DNA of 64,000 nucleotides from a virus: IMG/VR virus record IMGVR_UViG_3300045988_046889; one strand, 5' to 3'. Shown piece by piece: positions 63,801 to 64,000 of this stretch (position 1 is its first letter; each line of letters starts with the position of its first letter). The notes under the pieces were generated by a model. It saw only the letters and a program-made list of their open reading frames with translations, ran no database searches and was not told where the DNA came from. The position numbers and the translations under genes were made by a program.

Positions 63801-64000
63801 AGCTTGGTCACATCAAGTTGGTGAGTATTTGGGTCCATGAGAGGCTCATAGAACTCTCTGCTATATGCAGGCATATAACATTCAAGGTACTTGATTCTCT
63901 TGTTGGCACCTTCACCTTCAAATACTACATGAAGCTCATCAGTCAGGCCATAATCAGATACCTGAATCAATGCTCCACCTCTAATCTTCTGTTTAGTGAT
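60860..64000 (-). CDS. virion-associated multisubunit-type RNA polymerase, C-terminal >1036 aa (N-terminus beyond the window end)
   Basis: Reading frame stays open to the window edge (the TTG at 63970 is only the ORF-finder's start); SGSDFDVDKMYIMLP (DFDVD at 63638..63652) matches the metal-binding NADFDGD-type motif of the double-psi beta-barrel in cellular RNAP beta-prime and crAss-like/YonO-type phage RNAPs. Confidence 0.5.
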   Translation of the reverse strand: MTKQKIRGGALIQVSDYGLTDELHVVFEGEGANKRIKYLECYMPAYSREFYEPLMDPNTHQLDVTKLPEDLRKLIGYRVPTEDKYSMAPLYIKGFLPQQNGSAIMLPAEITTLSGSDFDVDKMYIMLPESNISKEVNWKKFTDLVMQNQGFRKWGIDNVKMTIDQIRNGNISFSEDTPEMHLFDYYNDIKDNLMETKIRKVKYNFSKSPQENSLEARNNLLIDMMYGVLTNANTASKILNPGGFDYQKRSARIMTILNDSYESDLSTALQAIGVKLDKTVQENGKSYPKSIASYLFDLDLDTLDKLVEKTKTKMDPLSPRTQVMLHQQNMTGAKLIGIYANHNANHALMQHTQLSLDEENGSFTLNGKRLTSLHDVMNKDKEFISKNNAGFLAASVDNVKDPVLAALNQNTFTADASMLLSRLGYNPIEIGLLMMQPIVQEITQTYFRESREGKGKDTIIDEVLDKYKEKAALNSDLTYDNYKNNSFYIEELADNIMLAKEAVTDRSQTSDLRKIEYYQKQVAVGYLFKRVMNSANALGQLVQATRSDTQGGAAGPTIADTELKIQKVKDLLDQIESNDKFPLKNANAIYDDLLADNPDTDTLRERLLSAPLPFLQAFYTLGLQTSERMLGSYFPQYTESFRAVIDSLRDLTKTGRLNVKTMNSVYNDLLAYIMSKNGFFGSELVVNPDSEAGDIIVSSSEKRKDFINNFPAYFKKVVTDNEDIADLEFIKRLRVIRANDTNPVDTVVFKNVGQLSPTLRERYMRDWTSLLYMSNPEAQRLALNLFRYSYYRNGFAFGPNTFIHLAPVAVRNIIPEYISTLRSLTLSNDDYSQFVDQYVYNHLDNRKLVPEVPDTASVQFIGEDNEIKDVVTFVIDGDATFGDKKVIKKRIDTPDGPVYDFFKYIGKRIRGGYVYYKLLSLGTEQANVATYERIEPLGFRNSFIEYEYGKDAEEMETVIDKNRKDYDPYADTLSRFDDGNVEVDYDSMPDYQDIPQVDVDAFQQVYGTPLDTSAPKTDDITSIQPNTEYKDENGDSICGAPTLYEL

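Noticed and set aside
1-64000. Stop-codon reassignment (TAG or TGA recoding, common in crAss-like phages)
   Set aside because: The long ORFs (2521, 1453, 1351, 930, 822 and 762 aa) are intact under the standard code. No suppressor tRNA (CTA or TCA anticodon) was found in the array.
1-64000. Reverse transcriptase gene for the DGR anywhere in the window
   Set aside because: All ORFs of at least 60 aa in six frames were scanned for YADD/YVDD/YMDD-type RT boxes. The only hit, xADD, is FADDY in the TerL nuclease domain, which is not an RT.

Overview
This window reads as a 64-kb stretch of an AT-rich tailed dsDNA phage genome. The host is probably in Bacteroidota, because the -7 promoter motif TAnnTTTG(CA) recurs about 20-30 nt upstream of several gene starts. 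The gene content is crAss-like: giant virion proteins, a virion-type RNA polymerase carrying a DFDVD motif, and a large tRNA array. Gene order differs from prototypical crAssphage, so that classification is an inference. The genetic code appears standard; long ORFs are intact and no suppressor tRNA was seen.

Layout, left to right:
- 1..4865, minus strand: small accessory and early genes. These include an SPFH/band-7 protein, an HNH homing endonuclease, tRNA-Arg(CCT) and hypothetical proteins.
- 3840..5440: a divergent intergenic region. It holds about 11 tandem 22-23-bp iterons centred on an ATAAGCTTAT palindrome (a putative origin or centromere), a poly-A tract, and a GC-richer segment with a long-range stem.
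- 6064..9243, plus strand: a tRNA array with 22 hand-folded tRNAs, interspersed with a few small ORFs.
- 9260..12716: small early-type genes, including an HNH endonuclease and a GroES-like co-chaperonin.
- 12697..55891: the structural module. In order: TerL, a GIY-YIG homing endonuclease abutting the portal start, portal, five tail-fibre-like genes (one with a peptidase-S74 chaperone domain), a lysis-like cassette, a fibre gene whose 3' end is a DGR variable repeat with its template repeat about 100 bp downstream, scaffold-like protein, putative MCP, another HNH endonuclease, a tandem paralogue pair, tail proteins of 1453 aa and 930 aa (the latter with an SLT lytic transglycosylase motif), and a 2521-aa polyvalent protein.
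- The 2521-aa protein carries PD-(D/E)xK nuclease, HExxH and PARP/ART-like motifs.
- 56109..64000, minus strand: HNH endonuclease, a 1351-aa protein, and the C-terminal >1036 aa of a virion RNA polymerase that runs off the window.

The most notable observation is the adenine-specific VR/TR pair. It is the signature of a diversity-generating retroelement, yet no reverse transcriptase gene was found anywhere in this window.

Caveats:
- Several ORF-track start codons are TTG or GTG and have been moved to the nearest in-frame ATG.
- All tRNA coordinates come from hand folding and are good to about +/-3 nt.
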